From an uncultured Clostridia bacterium (GTDB lineage: Bacteria > Bacillota > Clostridia > TANB77 > CAG-465), in the NCBI GenBank assembly GCA_944388585.1, contig CALXJI010000005.1:96012-160011 (forward strand): a stretch of 64,000 bases of DNA, read 5' to 3'. The notes under the pieces are model-generated. The model ran no database searches and had not been told where the DNA came from. It was given only the letters and a program-made list of their open reading frames with translations. Below are positions 37,603-50,401 of the stretch, one piece after another. Position 1 is the first letter of the stretch. Every line of letters begins with the position of its first letter. A program made the translations under genes and the position numbers.

Positions 37603-38301
37603 TTAATTTTTTATAATTGTTCCAATTTTTTCTCCGCTTACTGCTTTTCTTATAGAATTTTCTTCATTAAGTGCAAATACAAGTATAGGAATATTATTTT
37701 CCATGCATAAAGTAATAGCAGTAGCATCCATAACTCCAAGCTTTTCATTTATTGATTGCATATATGTTATTTTATCATATTTTATTGCATCATCATATTT
37801 TTTAGGATCTTTATTATATACACCATCAACGTTTTTTGCAAGTAGAATTACCTCAGAATCCATTTCTACTGCTCTTAATGCTGCAGCTGAATCTGTTGTA
37901 AAATATGGACTTCCTGTTCCACATGCAAATATAACAATTCTTCCTTTTTCTAAATGTCTTACTGCTTTTCTTCTTATATAAGGCTCTGCTATCTGTTTCA
38001 TTTCAATTGCTGTTTGCACTCTTGTTTGTACTCCTTTTGATTCAAGCATTTCTTGTAACGCTAATGCGTTTAGGGTTGTAGCAAGCATTCCCATGTAGTC
38101 TGATGTTGTTCTTTTTATATAATTACCACCATATTTTCCTCTCCAAAAATTTCCTGCACCAATTACAACTGCAACTTCTACTCCATCTCTATTTAAATCT
38201 ACTAGCTGATCTGCCACTCTTTCCAATTTACTACTTTCTATTCCTCTTCCATCATCTTGTCCAATAGCTTCTCCGCTTAATTTAACTAATATTCTTTTAT
38301 A
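37603..38301 (-). CDS. pyrH: UMP kinase
   Basis: [14 protein letters not shown]-terminus after GGAGGA RBS. Confidence 0.9.
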   Translation of the reverse strand, partial: YKRILVKLSGEAIGQDDGRGIESSKLERVADQLVDLNRDGVEVAVVIGAGNFWRGKYGGNYIKRTTSDYMGMLATTLNALALQEMLESKGVQTRVQTAIEMKQIAEPYIRRKAVRHLEKGRIVIFACGTGSPYFTTDSAAALRAVEMDSEVILLAKNVDGVYNKDPKKYDDAIKYDKITYMQSINEKLGVMDATAITLCMENNIPILVFALNEENSIRKAVSGEKIGTIIKN

Positions 38302-38395
38302 CATTTCCATCCTCCATTTTTTCAATTATATTGATTATATCATTTAATAAATTTGATGTCAATTAAAAAAAAATACTCGATAAACGAGTATTTTT

Positions 38396-39043
38396 TTAAC
38401 CATTGATTTGTTTCATAACTTCTTCAGCAAAGTTTTCTTCTTTTTTCTCGATTCCTTCGCCTCTTTCATATCTAACAAATCTTCTTATTACTATATTTTC
38501 TCCAATTTTTGATATTAATTCTGTTAAAAGTTGTCCAACTGTTTTATCTGGATCTTTAACAAAAGGTTGATCTAATAGACAAATTTCAGAATAAAACTTA
38601 TCCATTCTACCTTCTACAATTTTTTCAACAATAGCTTCCGGTTTTCCTTCACTTAAAGCTTTTTGCTTTTGTGCTTCTTTTTCTGCATTTACAATTGAAG
38701 CAGGTACATCCTCACGTTTTACATATTGAGGAGCAGCAGCTGCTATATGCATAGCTATATCTTTAACAAATTGCTTAAATTCATCATTTGTAGCAACAAA
38801 ATCTGTTTCAGAGTTAACCTCAACTAACGCACCATATTTTCCATTGTGAATATATGCTTCAACTAGTCCTTCTGCAGCAACTCTTCCAGCTTTTTTAGCT
38901 GCTTTTGCCATTCCTTTTTCCTTTAAAAGTTGTATTGCTTTTTCCATATCTCCTTCTGCTTGTGTAAGGATTTTTTTGCAGTCCATTATTCCTGCACCTG
39001 TTCTATCTCTTAATTCTTTAACTTGCTCGGCTGTTATTGCCAT
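38396..39043 (-). CDS. tsf: Elongation factor Ts (short form)
   Basis: [26 protein letters not shown]. Confidence 0.9.
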   Translation of the reverse strand: MAITAEQVKELRDRTGAGIMDCKKILTQAEGDMEKAIQLLKEKGMAKAAKKAGRVAAEGLVEAYIHNGKYGALVEVNSETDFVATNDEFKQFVKDIAMHIAAAAPQYVKREDVPASIVNAEKEAQKQKALSEGKPEAIVEKIVEGRMDKFYSEICLLDQPFVKDPDKTVGQLLTELISKIGENIVIRRFVRYERGEGIEKKEENFAEEVMKQING

Positions 39044-39068
39044 TTAAAGCACCTCCTATATATTAATA

Positions 39069-39932
39069 TTATTCTTGTTCTTGATTTTCGTTATTTTCTT
39101 CTTTAACTTCAGCTTCTTCTTTCTTAGCATCCTTTTTTGCGTAATTTCTTCTATTGTTTTGTTTTGGTTTTCTTTCTATTTTATCAACGCCTTCTTTTTC
39201 AACTAATTCTTGCATAGTTTCAATTTCATCGTCTTCAATAGTTGTTAAATTACCTTCTTTAGCTTCATTTACAGCGTCAGCTATTTTACCAGCAATTAAG
39301 CTTACTGATCTTACTGCATCATCATTACCAGGAATTACAAAATCTACATCTTCTGGATTACAATTTGAGTCAATTAATCCAATTGTAGGTATACCTAATT
39401 TTCTAGCTTCCTTAGTACAAATATATTCTTTTTTAGAATCTGCTAAAAATATTAATGATGGAAGTTTTTCCATATTTTTAATACCACCTAAGTTTGTATT
39501 TAAAATATTCATTTCTTTTCTTAAATTAATAACTTCTTTTTTTGGTAAAACATCAAATGTTCCATCAGCTTCCATTTTTTCTAATTCATTAAGTCTAGCT
39601 ATTCTTTTTTTAATAGTAGCAAAGTTAGTTAATGTACCACCTAACCATCTGCTATTGATATAAAACATTCCACATTTTTCTGCTTCTTGTTTTATTGTTT
39701 CTTGGATTTGTTTCTTTGTTCCTACAAATAAAACTAATCCTCCTTCTGCTACAACTTTTTTAGTTTCATTGTAAGCTTCTTGTAATTTCTTTAAAGTTTT
39801 TTGTAAATCTAAAATATATATTCCATTTCTAGCTGTGAATATATATGGAGCCATTCTAGGATCCCATCTTTTTGTTTGGTGTCCAAAATGTACACCAGCT
39901 TCTAGTAATGATTTCATTGGTATAATTGCCAT
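39069..39932 (-). CDS. rpsB: 30S ribosomal protein S2 with charged C-terminal extension
   Basis: Conserved S2 core; K/E-rich tail. Confidence 0.9.
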   Translation of the reverse strand: MAIIPMKSLLEAGVHFGHQTKRWDPRMAPYIFTARNGIYILDLQKTLKKLQEAYNETKKVVAEGGLVLFVGTKKQIQETIKQEAEKCGMFYINSRWLGGTLTNFATIKKRIARLNELEKMEADGTFDVLPKKEVINLRKEMNILNTNLGGIKNMEKLPSLIFLADSKKEYICTKEARKLGIPTIGLIDSNCNPEDVDFVIPGNDDAVRSVSLIAGKIADAVNEAKEGNLTTIEDDEIETMQELVEKEGVDKIERKPKQNNRRNYAKKDAKKEEAEVKEENNENQEQE

Positions 39933-40135
39933 TTAAAAATTCCTCCTTCTTCTTATCCCTCCATAATTATCTTAGCTTTATTTATCCACATTTATGGCAG
40001 AAGTATAAAGCTCCAATTATGTGTGTATTTGTATGTCTACTAGATATAACATACAGCGTTTTTATTATAACATAAATATAGCTTTTATGCAATATTTTAT
40101 GTAAAAAAATAAAAAGAATAAATGAGAAAACTCAC

Positions 40136-41950
40136 TTATTCTTTAAATATAGCTTCAAATTCATCTCCAGTTATTTTTTCTTTTTCAATTAACAATTTAG
40201 CAACTTTATGTAATTTTTCAATATTTTCCTTTAATATAGTTTCTGCTGTTCTATATGCACTCAATACTATATCTCTTATTTCAATATCTATTTGTGAAGC
40301 TGTATTTTCACTATAGTCTCTATTATGTGTTGTCATATCTTTTCCTAAAAAGACTTCTTCTTCTGATCCACCAAAACATATAGGTCCTAGTTTTTCTGAC
40401 ATACCATATTTTGTAACCATTTCTCTAGCTATTTTAGTTGCTCTTTCAATATCATTTGAGGCACCTGTACTTATATCATCAAGTACTAATTGTTCTGCTA
40501 CTCTTCCTCCTAACAAAGATACGATATGTTCTTTCATTTCAGATTTTGAAGCATAGCTTTTATCTTCATTAGGTTTATACATAGTATATCCGCCAGCCAT
40601 TCCTCTTGGAATTATAGATATCTCATGTATATCATCATGTGTTGGTAAAAATCTTGCAACAACTGCGTGACCTGCTTCATGATAAGCTGTAAGCTTTCTT
40701 TCTTTATCACTAATAACTTTACTTTTCTTTTCAGGTCCCATCATTACCTTTACTAATGCTTCTTCAACATCATTTATATCAATTGTCTTTTTATCTTTTC
40801 TCGCTGCAAGCAATGCAGATTCATTAATCATATTTTCTAGATCAGCACCGCTAAAGCCTGCAGTATTTTTAGCTATTACTTTAAAATCAATACCAGCAAC
40901 AAATGGTTTATTTTTAGCATGTAACTTTAATATTTCTTCTCTTGCTTTAACATCTGGCTGACCAACAACAATTTGTCTGTCAAATCTACCAGGTCTTAAT
41001 AAAGCAGGATCCAATATATCTGGTCTATTTGTTGCAGCCATTACTATAATACTTTCATGTGTTGCAAATCCATCCATTTCAACAAGTAATTGGTTTAAAG
41101 TCTGCTCTCTTTCATCATGACCACCACCAAGGCCTGCACCTCTATGACGACCAACAGCATCAATTTCATCTATAAATATAATACATGGTGAATTTGCTTT
41201 TGCCTCTTTAAACATATCTCTTACACGAGAAGCACCCACACCAACAAACATTTCAACAAAGTCTGATCCACTTATACTAAAGAATGGAACATTTGCCTCA
41301 CCTGCAACAGCCTTTGCAAGTAATGTTTTACCAGTACCAGGTCCACCAACAAGTAATATACCTTTTGGTATTCTTGCACCCATGTCTATATATTTTTTAG
41401 GATTTTTTAAAAATTCTACTTCTTCTTTTAACTCTTCTTTTTCTTCATCAAGTCCTGCAACATCATTAAATGTTATTTTTTTAGGTGAATTTTTATCTAT
41501 CTTTTGAGCTCTGCTTCTACCAAAATCCATTGCTTTATTATTGCTATCATTTGTTCTACGCAATGCATACATTAATATAAATAATGTACCTAATAGCAAT
41601 AATATATTTGGAATATATGGAGCTAATGCTTCCATAACTGTCTCTTGTGCAACGGTAAGTTCAAATTCACCACCTGCTACTCTATCTTGTACAACCTCAA
41701 TAAAAGTCGTAGAAGATGGGATATCTACAATTCTTGTTACATCTTCTTCATCCTTTAATATTACATTAGCAGTCATTCTATCTGTACTTAATTGAATACT
41801 AGATACAGCTTGCTCATCTATTTTTTGCATTAATTCTGTATATGACATCTCTCTTGTCTGGTTAGTATCAAGTAATGTTATAGCATAAATTGCAAGAGCT
41901 ATTAACACTATATATATTGCTAACGTTCTAAAAGCACTTTTCTTATTCAT
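40136..41950 (-). CDS. ftsH: ATP-dependent zinc metalloprotease FtsH
   Basis: Walker A GPPGTGKT, second region of homology, HEAGH zinc motif. Start at MNKKS after GGGGG RBS. Confidence 0.9.
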   Translation of the reverse strand: MNKKSAFRTLAIYIVLIALAIYAITLLDTNQTREMSYTELMQKIDEQAVSSIQLSTDRMTANVILKDEEDVTRIVDIPSSTTFIEVVQDRVAGGEFELTVAQETVMEALAPYIPNILLLLGTLFILMYALRRTNDSNNKAMDFGRSRAQKIDKNSPKKITFNDVAGLDEEKEELKEEVEFLKNPKKYIDMGARIPKGILLVGGPGTGKTLLAKAVAGEANVPFFSISGSDFVEMFVGVGASRVRDMFKEAKANSPCIIFIDEIDAVGRHRGAGLGGGHDEREQTLNQLLVEMDGFATHESIIVMAATNRPDILDPALLRPGRFDRQIVVGQPDVKAREEILKLHAKNKPFVAGIDFKVIAKNTAGFSGADLENMINESALLAARKDKKTIDINDVEEALVKVMMGPEKKSKVISDKERKLTAYHEAGHAVVARFLPTHDDIHEISIIPRGMAGGYTMYKPNEDKSYASKSEMKEHIVSLLGGRVAEQLVLDDISTGASNDIERATKIAREMVTKYGMSEKLGPICFGGSEEEVFLGKDMTTHNRDYSENTASQIDIEIRDIVLSAYRTAETILKENIEKLHKVAKLLIEKEKITGDEFEAIFKE

Positions 41951-42947
41951 GTTTTCCCCCTTCATTATATATAACAGCATTATTTTTCTTTATTATCTCT
42001 ATTTTAAATTTATTACCAATTATATACATCTTACCTTTAATATTATTTTGTAGTAAATTCAAAATATCTAATATATGGATACTTTCTATTCCATCTAAAT
42101 TAGATATACTTCTCTCTATTATTTTTCTTATTATTCTCTTTTTTATACTATTATGTTCATCCATAAATAAAGAAAAATTGAATATAATACTAGAGTTATC
42201 CTCTTTTATAATAATTTTTTGTAATATATTATTACAATAATTGTCTATAAAATCATTATCCTCTTTTAATATTTCTCTCATTCTACTTATATTTGTAATA
42301 AAGTTAGGATTAAGTTTTTCTAAAAAAGGAATTAAAGTTAATCTTATCTTATTTCTAAGATAAATTTCTTCTTCATTTGTTTTATCAAAACAAGGATTTA
42401 ACTCTAGTTCCTTATTATATAATAAAATATCCTTTTTTTCAATAGTAAGAAGAGGTCTTATAATGTTGTTAAATTTAAAATCCATACCTGTAAGCCCCTT
42501 AAGCCCAGTTCCTCTTACAATATTTAAAAGTATTGTTTCCACATTATCATTTAAATTGTGAGCAACAGCAATACTATCTGCATTTTCTTTTTTTCTTACC
42601 TCTTCAAAAAAATCATATCTTATACTTCTACCACATGCTTCTTCAGACATTTTTCTTTCCTTAGATAAAGCAGGTACATCCGCCTTTAAATAATAAAAAG
42701 GAATATTTCTAACTTTGCAAAATTTTTCAACATATACCTTTTCTTGTTCAGATTCTTCTCTAATACCATGATTTACATGTGCAACTACTACTTTAAATTT
42801 CAATTTATCTTTTAACTTAAATAAAGAATCAAGTAGACACATTGAATCTGGTCCACCTGATACTGCAACTACTATTTTATCATCTTTTTTTATTAAATTA
42901 TTATTAATTATATTATCTTGAACAATATTTATAATATCTTCTACCAT
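41943..42947 (-). CDS. tilS: tRNA(Ile)-lysidine synthetase
   Basis: PP-loop SGGPDS. Start set to MVEDII, 1 nt after the dnaB stop. Confidence 0.8.
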   Translation of the reverse strand: MVEDIINIVQDNIINNNLIKKDDKIVVAVSGGPDSMCLLDSLFKLKDKLKFKVVVAHVNHGIREESEQEKVYVEKFCKVRNIPFYYLKADVPALSKERKMSEEACGRSIRYDFFEEVRKKENADSIAVAHNLNDNVETILLNIVRGTGLKGLTGMDFKFNNIIRPLLTIEKKDILLYNKELELNPCFDKTNEEEIYLRNKIRLTLIPFLEKLNPNFITNISRMREILKEDNDFIDNYCNNILQKIIIKEDNSSIIFNFSLFMDEHNSIKKRIIRKIIERSISNLDGIESIHILDILNLLQNNIKGKMYIIGNKFKIEIIKKNNAVIYNEGGKHE

Positions 42948-42948
42948 A

Positions 42949-44286
42949 CTATTCATTTCCTTTATATAAATTAGCAAATTTTGTATATTTACCCATCCAA
43001 GCAAGTTCTACTGTTCCTGTTTCTCCATTTCTATTTTTAGCAATTATTACTTCTGCTATATTCTTTTTTTCTGTTTCTTTATCATAATAATCTTCTCTAT
43101 GTAAAAACATTACTATATCAGCATCCTGCTCTATAGAACCTGATTCACGAAGATCACTAAGCATAGGTCTATGATCTGCTCTAGATTCTGTAGCACGGCT
43201 TAACTGTGAAAGAGCAATAACTGGAACATCAAGCTCTTTTGCCAAGATTTTTAATGATCTAGAAATTTCAGATATCTCTTGCTGTCTTGATGCATTATTT
43301 GTTCTTGACTCCATTAATTGTAAGTAATCTATTATAATTAATCCTACATTTTTTTCAAGTTTTGCTTTTCTACATTTAGCTCTAATTTCAGATGAGCTTA
43401 AAGCTGGCGTATCATCTATATAGATAGGAATATCAGATAATCTTCCACTAGCCTCACCAAGTTTTAACCACTCATCTGAATCTAAATTTGCATTATTAAG
43501 CTTCATACTATCTATTTCACTTTCACTACTTAATATTCTTTTTACTAATTGCTCTTTTGACATCTCTAAGCTAAATATCATAACAGGAACTTTATCATGC
43601 ATTGCAACAAAAGATGCTATGTTTAATACAAATGCTGATTTTCCCATTGCAGGACGTGCTGCAACTATAATTAAATCCGAATTATTAAGTCCTGATATTT
43701 TTTCATCTAAATCTATAAATCCTGATTCTATACCAGATAATCTACTTTTATTTTGATACATTTTCTCTATAGAATCAAATGCATCAACAAGTATTTCTTT
43801 CATGCTTGCATAACCTTTGCTATTTCTATTTTGTACTAAATCAAAAATACCTTTTTCTGATTGTTCTATTATAGAATCAAGCTCTTCAGTTTGAGAATAT
43901 CCAGTCTTTATGATATCATTTGCAACTCTTATTAAATTTCTTAATGTAGATTTTTCTTCAACTATTTTTACATAGTTTTCAATATTTGATGTTGTAGGTA
44001 CATTATCTATTAAAGTAGCAAGATTTTGAGTTCCACCGATTCTTTCTAAAGTTCCTCTAAGTCTTAATTGTTCTGTTACAGTTATCATATCTATTTCTTT
44101 ACCAATAGAATATATATCCATCATTGCTGAGTATATTTCTCTATTATCTTCTCTATAAAAATCTTCTGGTTTTAATACTTCTACTGCTGCTTGTACTGCA
44201 TCCCTAGATACTAGCATTGAACCAAGTACTGCTTGTTCTGCTAATGTATCGTTAGGTTGAACTTTATTTACTACTTCACCTTCCAT
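42949..44286 (-). CDS. dnaB: Replicative DNA helicase (DnaB family)
   Basis: DnaB N-terminal domain plus RecA-like domain with Walker A AARPAMGKS. Confidence 0.9.
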   Translation of the reverse strand: MEGEVVNKVQPNDTLAEQAVLGSMLVSRDAVQAAVEVLKPEDFYREDNREIYSAMMDIYSIGKEIDMITVTEQLRLRGTLERIGGTQNLATLIDNVPTTSNIENYVKIVEEKSTLRNLIRVANDIIKTGYSQTEELDSIIEQSEKGIFDLVQNRNSKGYASMKEILVDAFDSIEKMYQNKSRLSGIESGFIDLDEKISGLNNSDLIIVAARPAMGKSAFVLNIASFVAMHDKVPVMIFSLEMSKEQLVKRILSSESEIDSMKLNNANLDSDEWLKLGEASGRLSDIPIYIDDTPALSSSEIRAKCRKAKLEKNVGLIIIDYLQLMESRTNNASRQQEISEISRSLKILAKELDVPVIALSQLSRATESRADHRPMLSDLRESGSIEQDADIVMFLHREDYYDKETEKKNIAEVIIAKNRNGETGTVELAWMGKYTKFANLYKGNE

Positions 44287-44295
44287 TGTCTACAC

Positions 44296-44742
44296 CTACA
44301 TTCCTACAACATTAATTTTTAATTTTGCTATTACTCCTTCATATAATTTTACATTTACACTATAAGTGCCTAAACTTTTAATTTGATCTTTTATTATAAT
44401 TTTCTTTTTATTAACATCAATATTGAATTTATCTTTTATAGCTTGTGCTATGTCCTTTTCTGTAACACTTCCATAAAGTCTACTTCCTTCACCGACTTTA
44501 TGTCTAAATTCAATAAAACCTTTTTCTAATATTTCTTTATTTTTATTCGCCTCTTCTGTTTCTGTTTTCTTTTTGAATTTTTGTGAGTCTATTTTACCTT
44601 TTGCTTCATTTATATTTTTTCCATCAGCAACTGATGCAAGTTTTTTTGGAAGTAAAAAATTTCTTGCATACCCTTCGCTAACTTCAACAATTTGTAGCTT
44701 TTTTCCTAGCCCCTTTACATCTTGATTTAATACTACCTTCAT
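44296..44742 (-). CDS. rplI: 50S ribosomal protein L9
   Basis: MKVVLNQDVKGLGKK. Confidence 0.9.
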   Translation of the reverse strand: MKVVLNQDVKGLGKKLQIVEVSEGYARNFLLPKKLASVADGKNINEAKGKIDSQKFKKKTETEEANKNKEILEKGFIEFRHKVGEGSRLYGSVTEKDIAQAIKDKFNIDVNKKKIIIKDQIKSLGTYSVNVKLYEGVIAKLKINVVGM

Positions 44743-44752
44743 ATTAACCTCC

Positions 44753-46723
44753 TTATTGTGCTAAATATGATTCTATACTATCTATCAACTTCTCTTTTGC
44801 TTCTTGTAAGCTAACACCTGCTATTTGCGCACCCGCAAAAGTTAGATGTCCGCCACCTCCAATTTTTTCTAATATAGTTTGAACATTGATATCTCCCATA
44901 GATCTACCAGATATCATTACAACATCATCTACTTTACATAGCACAAATGATGCTTGTATTCCAGATATAGATAGCATTTCATCTGCTGCTTGTGCTGCTA
45001 TAATTGGCATATCATTATATGTTTCATCTGACATAGAAATAGCAATTTTCTTATGTAAAAACTCCGCATTTTTAACAATATTTACTTTTGCTATATATGT
45101 ATTAAAATCATTTTGAAATAAATATTTTACCTCTGTAACATCTATTCCAAATTTTTTCAAATATGCGGCAACTTCAAAAGTTCTAACTCCAGTCTTAAAC
45201 ATAAAGTTTTTAGTATCTACTACAATACCAGCATACATGCATTCTGCTTCATCAGATGTAATGTCTATCCCATCTATATACATAAGTAACTCTGCAACTA
45301 ATTCAGATGCAGAAGATGCATAAATTTCGTGATATGTTAAAACTGCATTATCTATAAATTCCGGTCCACGTCTATGATGATCTATAATTACAACTTTTTC
45401 TATATCATCTAATATATTAGGATCAACTAAATATGACCTTTTATGTGTATCTACAACAAATAACAAAGCATTTGTAAAATCATCATTTTTTATTTGAGAG
45501 TATGTTTTAAATACCTCCTCATATTGCTCACTCTGCTTTATTTTCTCTATAACACCTTCTGTACTTGCATTACATTTATTATCTACTATAATATTTACTT
45601 GTTTATTTAAAAATTTAGCTATTTTAGCTATACCTATTGCTGAGCCAATACAATCAATATCTGAATTTCTATGTCCCATTACATATACTTTTTCAGATTT
45701 TTCTATTAGCTCCTTAATTGCTTGTGCCATAGTTCTTGCTTTAACTTTACTTGTTTTTTCAAGTCCCAAATTTGAACCACCAAAAAAGTCATATTTTTTA
45801 TCTTTTTTTACTACAGCTTGATCTCCGCCTCTTCCTAAAGCAATATCTAAGGCTGAACTTCCAGCATTATATCTTTCCTCTAAAGTATCTTCATTATATG
45901 AAATACCTAAAGAAACTGTAATAGGAAGCTTTGTAATTTTAGTTACATTTCTTACTCTCTCTAATATATCAAATGAATTTTGCTCCATCTTATCTATATA
46001 TTTCTTCTCTATAAATATAGCATATTTATCTTTATCAAGTCTTGCAAGAACACCTTTGTTTTCTCTTGCCCAACTTCTAATTTCTTTAGTTAGAGCAGAT
46101 GTAACTTCAGCTTTTTGAATTTCATCTAAGCCTTGAAGTGTTTCTTCATAATTATCTATAAATAAAATTCCTATAGCTACTCTTGTATCTTCTAATGCCT
46201 TTTTTAAGTTATTTTCATATGTTTTATCCAAAAAAGAAACTAACATACAATTAAAGTTTTCAAATTGTATATTATTGCATATAGCATTATATATATATCC
46301 GCTTCCAAGCTCTTCAATAACACTTGAAGTTGGACTTTTTTTCTTTAAAGATTCAAGTTTTAGTGCTACTTTTTCTATATATTCATCTGGTAAAAGATGT
46401 TCTGAAACATTATTCTTCCATATAATATCTCCTTGCATGCTAACAATCGCCATAGGTATATCTATAAGATCTAATGTCTCTTTAAAAATAGAATCTACAT
46501 TTTTAGATATTTCACCTAATTTATATTTTTTATCTTTTAGCTCTTTTATACACATTAAAATAGCAATTATACATAGTGCTAGTATAATAAAAATATCAAT
46601 ATATAAAGTAATAGGTATCATAATAGATATAAAAGCTGCACATATTATTAGTATTGATATAATAACAATTCGTGCAGAAAAAGACTTAAAAAAATTAGAT
46701 CTATTTTCTCTATCCTTACTCAT
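44753..46723 (-). CDS. gdpP: c-di-AMP phosphodiesterase GdpP (TM + PAS-like + degenerate GGDEF + DHH/DHHA1)
   Basis: DHH motifs (VMGHRNSDIDCIGSA, DHHR); conserved position upstream of rplI. Confidence 0.8.
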   Translation of the reverse strand: MSKDRENRSNFFKSFSARIVIISILIICAAFISIMIPITLYIDIFIILALCIIAILMCIKELKDKKYKLGEISKNVDSIFKETLDLIDIPMAIVSMQGDIIWKNNVSEHLLPDEYIEKVALKLESLKKKSPTSSVIEELGSGYIYNAICNNIQFENFNCMLVSFLDKTYENNLKKALEDTRVAIGILFIDNYEETLQGLDEIQKAEVTSALTKEIRSWARENKGVLARLDKDKYAIFIEKKYIDKMEQNSFDILERVRNVTKITKLPITVSLGISYNEDTLEERYNAGSSALDIALGRGGDQAVVKKDKKYDFFGGSNLGLEKTSKVKARTMAQAIKELIEKSEKVYVMGHRNSDIDCIGSAIGIAKIAKFLNKQVNIIVDNKCNASTEGVIEKIKQSEQYEEVFKTYSQIKNDDFTNALLFVVDTHKRSYLVDPNILDDIEKVVIIDHHRRGPEFIDNAVLTYHEIYASSASELVAELLMYIDGIDITSDEAECMYAGIVVDTKNFMFKTGVRTFEVAAYLKKFGIDVTEVKYLFQNDFNTYIAKVNIVKNAEFLHKKIAISMSDETYNDMPIIAAQAADEMLSISGIQASFVLCKVDDVVMISGRSMGDINVQTILEKIGGGGHLTFAGAQIAGVSLQEAKEKLIDSIESYLAQ

Positions 46724-46886
46724 AAATGAAACTTCCTCTTTTCTTGTAATTTTCCTATATTTTACTATTTTTATGTAAAAATGTCAAGTAAACATAAAAT
46801 TTTAACATACATATATGACGCTTTTTTATTAGCTTATGAATAGAAAAAGGAAAATATAATATTATCATTATATTTTCCTTACATTT

Positions 46887-47669
46887 TTATACTGTTACCT
46901 TTTCAGATAGTCTAATCCTATCTGCAATCATAGCTATAAATTCTGAATTAGTTGGTTTACCTTTATTGGAATTTACTGTGTATCCAAATATTTTTTCATG
47001 CATTTCAATTTGTCCTCTATTCCAAGCTACTTCTATAGCATGTCTAATAGCTCTTTCAACCCTTGATGGCGTTGTATTGAATTTCTCGGATAAAGTAGGA
47101 TACAAAGTTTTAGTAATAGAATTTATTATATCTTCATCGTTTACTGCCAACATAATAGCTTCTCTGATATACTGATACCCTTTAATGTGTGCAGGAACAC
47201 CAACATCATGTATCATTTGAGTTACTCTTACCTCAAGAGGTAAACTTTTATTACCATATGCTACCATATACTCTTCTTTTACTTCATCTTTTTCTTTTAA
47301 AATATCTCTAACTCTATCGATTAATGTTATCATATCAAAAGGTTTTACCACATAATAAGTAGCTCCAAGAGAAATTGCTTTTTGTGTAACCTTTTCTTGT
47401 CCTATTGCTGACATGATTACAATAAGAGGTTTTTCCATTCCTACTTCATCAGATAATTCTTCAAGCACTGTTAATCCATCTTTTTCAGGCATTACAACAT
47501 CTAGTAACAAAACATCTGGCTTAGACTGTTTTATAGCACTTATTGCATTTGTTCCATCATATAATGGATCTAATGCAACCATATCTTTTTGAGAGTTGAT
47601 GTACATATTTATTAATTTTACAAATTCTTTATTATCATCAACTACCATTATTTTAGTTTTATTTTCCAT
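46887..47669 (-). CDS. spo0A: Stage 0 sporulation protein A
   Basis: Receiver domain plus Spo0A C-terminal signature [15 protein letters not shown]...[15 protein letters not shown]...[10 protein letters not shown]. Confidence 0.9.
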   Translation of the reverse strand: MENKTKIMVVDDNKEFVKLINMYINSQKDMVALDPLYDGTNAISAIKQSKPDVLLLDVVMPEKDGLTVLEELSDEVGMEKPLIVIMSAIGQEKVTQKAISLGATYYVVKPFDMITLIDRVRDILKEKDEVKEEYMVAYGNKSLPLEVRVTQMIHDVGVPAHIKGYQYIREAIMLAVNDEDIINSITKTLYPTLSEKFNTTPSRVERAIRHAIEVAWNRGQIEMHEKIFGYTVNSNKGKPTNSEFIAMIADRIRLSEKVTV

Positions 47670-47769
47670 TTTAATTGCTCCATTTCCAGTCTATCCTATA
47701 AAGCATCAATATTATACAATTCTTTTCATTTAAAATCAATAGTTATCATTATTTTTTCAAATCAATTTT

Positions 47770-47776
47770 TGTCGAA
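47770..47776 (+). promoter_or_regulatory. 0A-box-like heptamer TGTCGAA upstream of spo0A
   Basis: Exact Spo0A-box consensus in the spo0A 5' region. Confidence 0.35.
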
Positions 47777-47927
47777 ATTATCATATATTAATTAAAAAAT
47801 ATAAATTTATCTTTTTTCCAATAATTTCCTGTATTATTTTTTTTTAAAAGCACAAATTATTAGTGTAAAGTATATTAAATTTCATTTTATATATGCTTTA
47901 ATACCAAAAAATTGGAGGTGAATTTAA

Positions 47928-48143
47928 ATGGCATCAACAAATAGTAAAATGACAAACAAACAAGCTAAAGCTGCTTTAGACAAATTTAAATATGAAGTAG
48001 CAAATGAAATCGGTGTAAACCTAAAACAAGGTTATAATGGAGATTTAACTTCTAAACAAGCTGGTTCTATAGGTGGTGAAATGGTTAAAAGATTAGTTGC
48101 TAATGCTGCTAACCAAATGCAATCTCAACAACCTAACCAATAA
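47928..48143 (+). CDS. Small acid-soluble spore protein, alpha/beta type
   Basis: KFKYEVANEIGVNL...SKQAGSIGGEMVKRLV signature. Confidence 0.85.
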   Translation: MASTNSKMTNKQAKAALDKFKYEVANEIGVNLKQGYNGDLTSKQAGSIGGEMVKRLVANAANQMQSQQPNQ

Positions 48144-48187
48144 TTATTAAATGAAGATAAAAAAGTGAGCACTGTTGCTCACTTTTG

Positions 48188-50296
48188 TTATTTTAAAAAT
48201 CTACAAATGTTAGTCTCATATACAAGTTCTAATTTATGAAGTGCTCTTGTCATAGATACATATAATAGCTTCATATCTAATCTATTATCATATTTATATA
48301 TTTCATCTTCTACATCTGCTATTATTACAACATCAAATTCAAGTCCTTTTGATAAATACGATGTAAGTAAACATATACCTCCCTCATATTTTTCTTGATC
48401 TTTATATATAATCTCAGATTCAATATTATTTTCTTTTAATTTTTTATTCATATTTACTAATTCTTTTTGATTTTTATAAATTATTGCTATTGATTTAAAA
48501 CCAGCCTCTTTATATTTTTTTACTTGATTAACTATGTAATTTTCTTTATCAGACTTATTTATCTTACTTTTTATAACAGGACCGGCACTTCTTATTACAG
48601 GCAAAGCTTCATCTAAACCTATTTCTTTAGAAATCTTATTTGCCTCATTCATTATCTCTATTGATGTTCTATATGATTTTTTTAATTTTATATACTCTGC
48701 CTCTTTAAAAATATCTTCAAGTATTTCATTAAAATCATCTATTGATTTATATGAATATATTCCTTGTGCAATATCACCAAAAATAGAAAAAGTAGCATTA
48801 CTTATCAACAGTTTCAACATATAAAAAGTAAATTTTCCAAAATCTTGTGCTTCATCCACAACCACTTGTTTATATTTTTTAAATTTTTCATTTCCAAATA
48901 AATAATATTTTATATATAAAAGAGCAGCTATATCTTCATTTTGACATGTCTTTTTCTTTAATAAATACATAGTATCACTTTTTAACTCTATCATATCATC
49001 AAGTGAATTTATAAAATCTATATATATATTTAATACTTTAATCTTATCTATATTTAATAACTTCTTTAATTGTTTTTCAAATCCATTGGAAGTTAGTTCC
49101 TTTAGCATATCAAACTCTTTTTTAATTAAATTTCTCTTTCTATTAACATCTTTTTCATTTTGACATAACGTATCCATAGAATTTTTAATATACTCATAAA
49201 CATCATTGTTATTTTTTAACCTATTTGCAATAACCTTAGATGTCATTTCTAATTTTTGCGATACACAACTTCCATTTACAGTTTTATATACATTTTCTAT
49301 ATCTTCTTTAGATAATACTTGTATATTATTTATAACAAGTCCTTTTGCCGAAATAAAGCCACTTTCTATATCATTTAGATAATTATCTAATAATCTATAA
49401 TAATCCATGCTATTTTTAAATTTCAAATACTTTTTTTCCACACCATTGTCTATAATATCAGATAAATTCTTAGTTACATCTTCAAATAAAATATCTTCAT
49501 CTATAAATTTTTTTGCTAATTCTTCTATTGTAAGTTGTACAGCATTTCCCGCATCTAAATCTGGAAGTACATTAGAAATATAGTTAATAAAAAACTTATT
49601 AGGTCCAATAACCATAAATTGATCTGCTTTATATTTATCTGAATTATTATACATTAAATATGCTATTCTATGAAGTGCAACTGTTGTTTTACCACTTCCT
49701 GCTACTCCTTGAACAACAATATTCTTTTCTATTCCCTTACGTATAATATAATTTTGTTCTCCCTGTATTGATGCTACAATATTTTTCAATCTATTATCTG
49801 CATTTGCACCCAAATACGGCTTTAAAAGTTCATCATCTGATACAGAATCAACATCAAATATATCCGTTACTCTTTTATTTGATATTATTATCTGTCTTTT
49901 TAAGCTCATATCACCTTTTACTATACCTTCTGGTGCAATATATTCTACTCTTCCCAAATTACTATCATAATACAAAGTAGAAATAGGAGCACGCCAATCT
50001 GTAATAACTATATTTCCATCAAGATCTAGTACTCCTATTTTACCTATATATATTTTCTCTTTATTTTGCTTTTTATCATCTTTAAAATCAATTCTTGCAA
50101 AATATGGTCTTTCTTTTATCTTAGCTATATTTGTAATTTTTGTAGCAGTAATGCTCATTAAATTTGAGAGTAATATAGGATTATGAGAATATTTCTTTGG
50201 TAAAGTTAAAAGAACTTGTTCTTCCTCCTTTTTTATAATATCTAACTTTTCTTCAATTTTATTTAATTTTTTATTTTCATATTCTAATTCTTCCAT
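48188..50296 (-). CDS. UvrD/Rep-family DNA helicase (HelD-like)
   Basis: VVQGVAGSGKTTVALHRIAYL Walker A and VVVDEAQD motif II. Confidence 0.75.
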   Translation of the reverse strand: MEELEYENKKLNKIEEKLDIIKKEEEQVLLTLPKKYSHNPILLSNLMSITATKITNIAKIKERPYFARIDFKDDKKQNKEKIYIGKIGVLDLDGNIVITDWRAPISTLYYDSNLGRVEYIAPEGIVKGDMSLKRQIIISNKRVTDIFDVDSVSDDELLKPYLGANADNRLKNIVASIQGEQNYIIRKGIEKNIVVQGVAGSGKTTVALHRIAYLMYNNSDKYKADQFMVIGPNKFFINYISNVLPDLDAGNAVQLTIEELAKKFIDEDILFEDVTKNLSDIIDNGVEKKYLKFKNSMDYYRLLDNYLNDIESGFISAKGLVINNIQVLSKEDIENVYKTVNGSCVSQKLEMTSKVIANRLKNNNDVYEYIKNSMDTLCQNEKDVNRKRNLIKKEFDMLKELTSNGFEKQLKKLLNIDKIKVLNIYIDFINSLDDMIELKSDTMYLLKKKTCQNEDIAALLYIKYYLFGNEKFKKYKQVVVDEAQDFGKFTFYMLKLLISNATFSIFGDIAQGIYSYKSIDDFNEILEDIFKEAEYIKLKKSYRTSIEIMNEANKISKEIGLDEALPVIRSAGPVIKSKINKSDKENYIVNQVKKYKEAGFKSIAIIYKNQKELVNMNKKLKENNIESEIIYKDQEKYEGGICLLTSYLSKGLEFDVVIIADVEDEIYKYDNRLDMKLLYVSMTRALHKLELVYETNICRFLK

Positions 50297-50401
50297 TATA
50301 CCCTCCTTATCACAATGAGTATTATTATAACCTTAATTTATGTAAAATGCAATAGATAAGAAAAAGATTGGTGTTAAATTATAACATCAATCTTTTTTTA
50401 T

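Noticed and set aside
41951-43004. The track's extended N-termini of FtsH (to 41980) and TilS (to 43004), which overlap upstream genes.
   Set aside because: Internal starts with proper RBSs (GGGGG before MNKKS; AAGGAA before MVEDII) remove the overlaps and match conserved N-termini.
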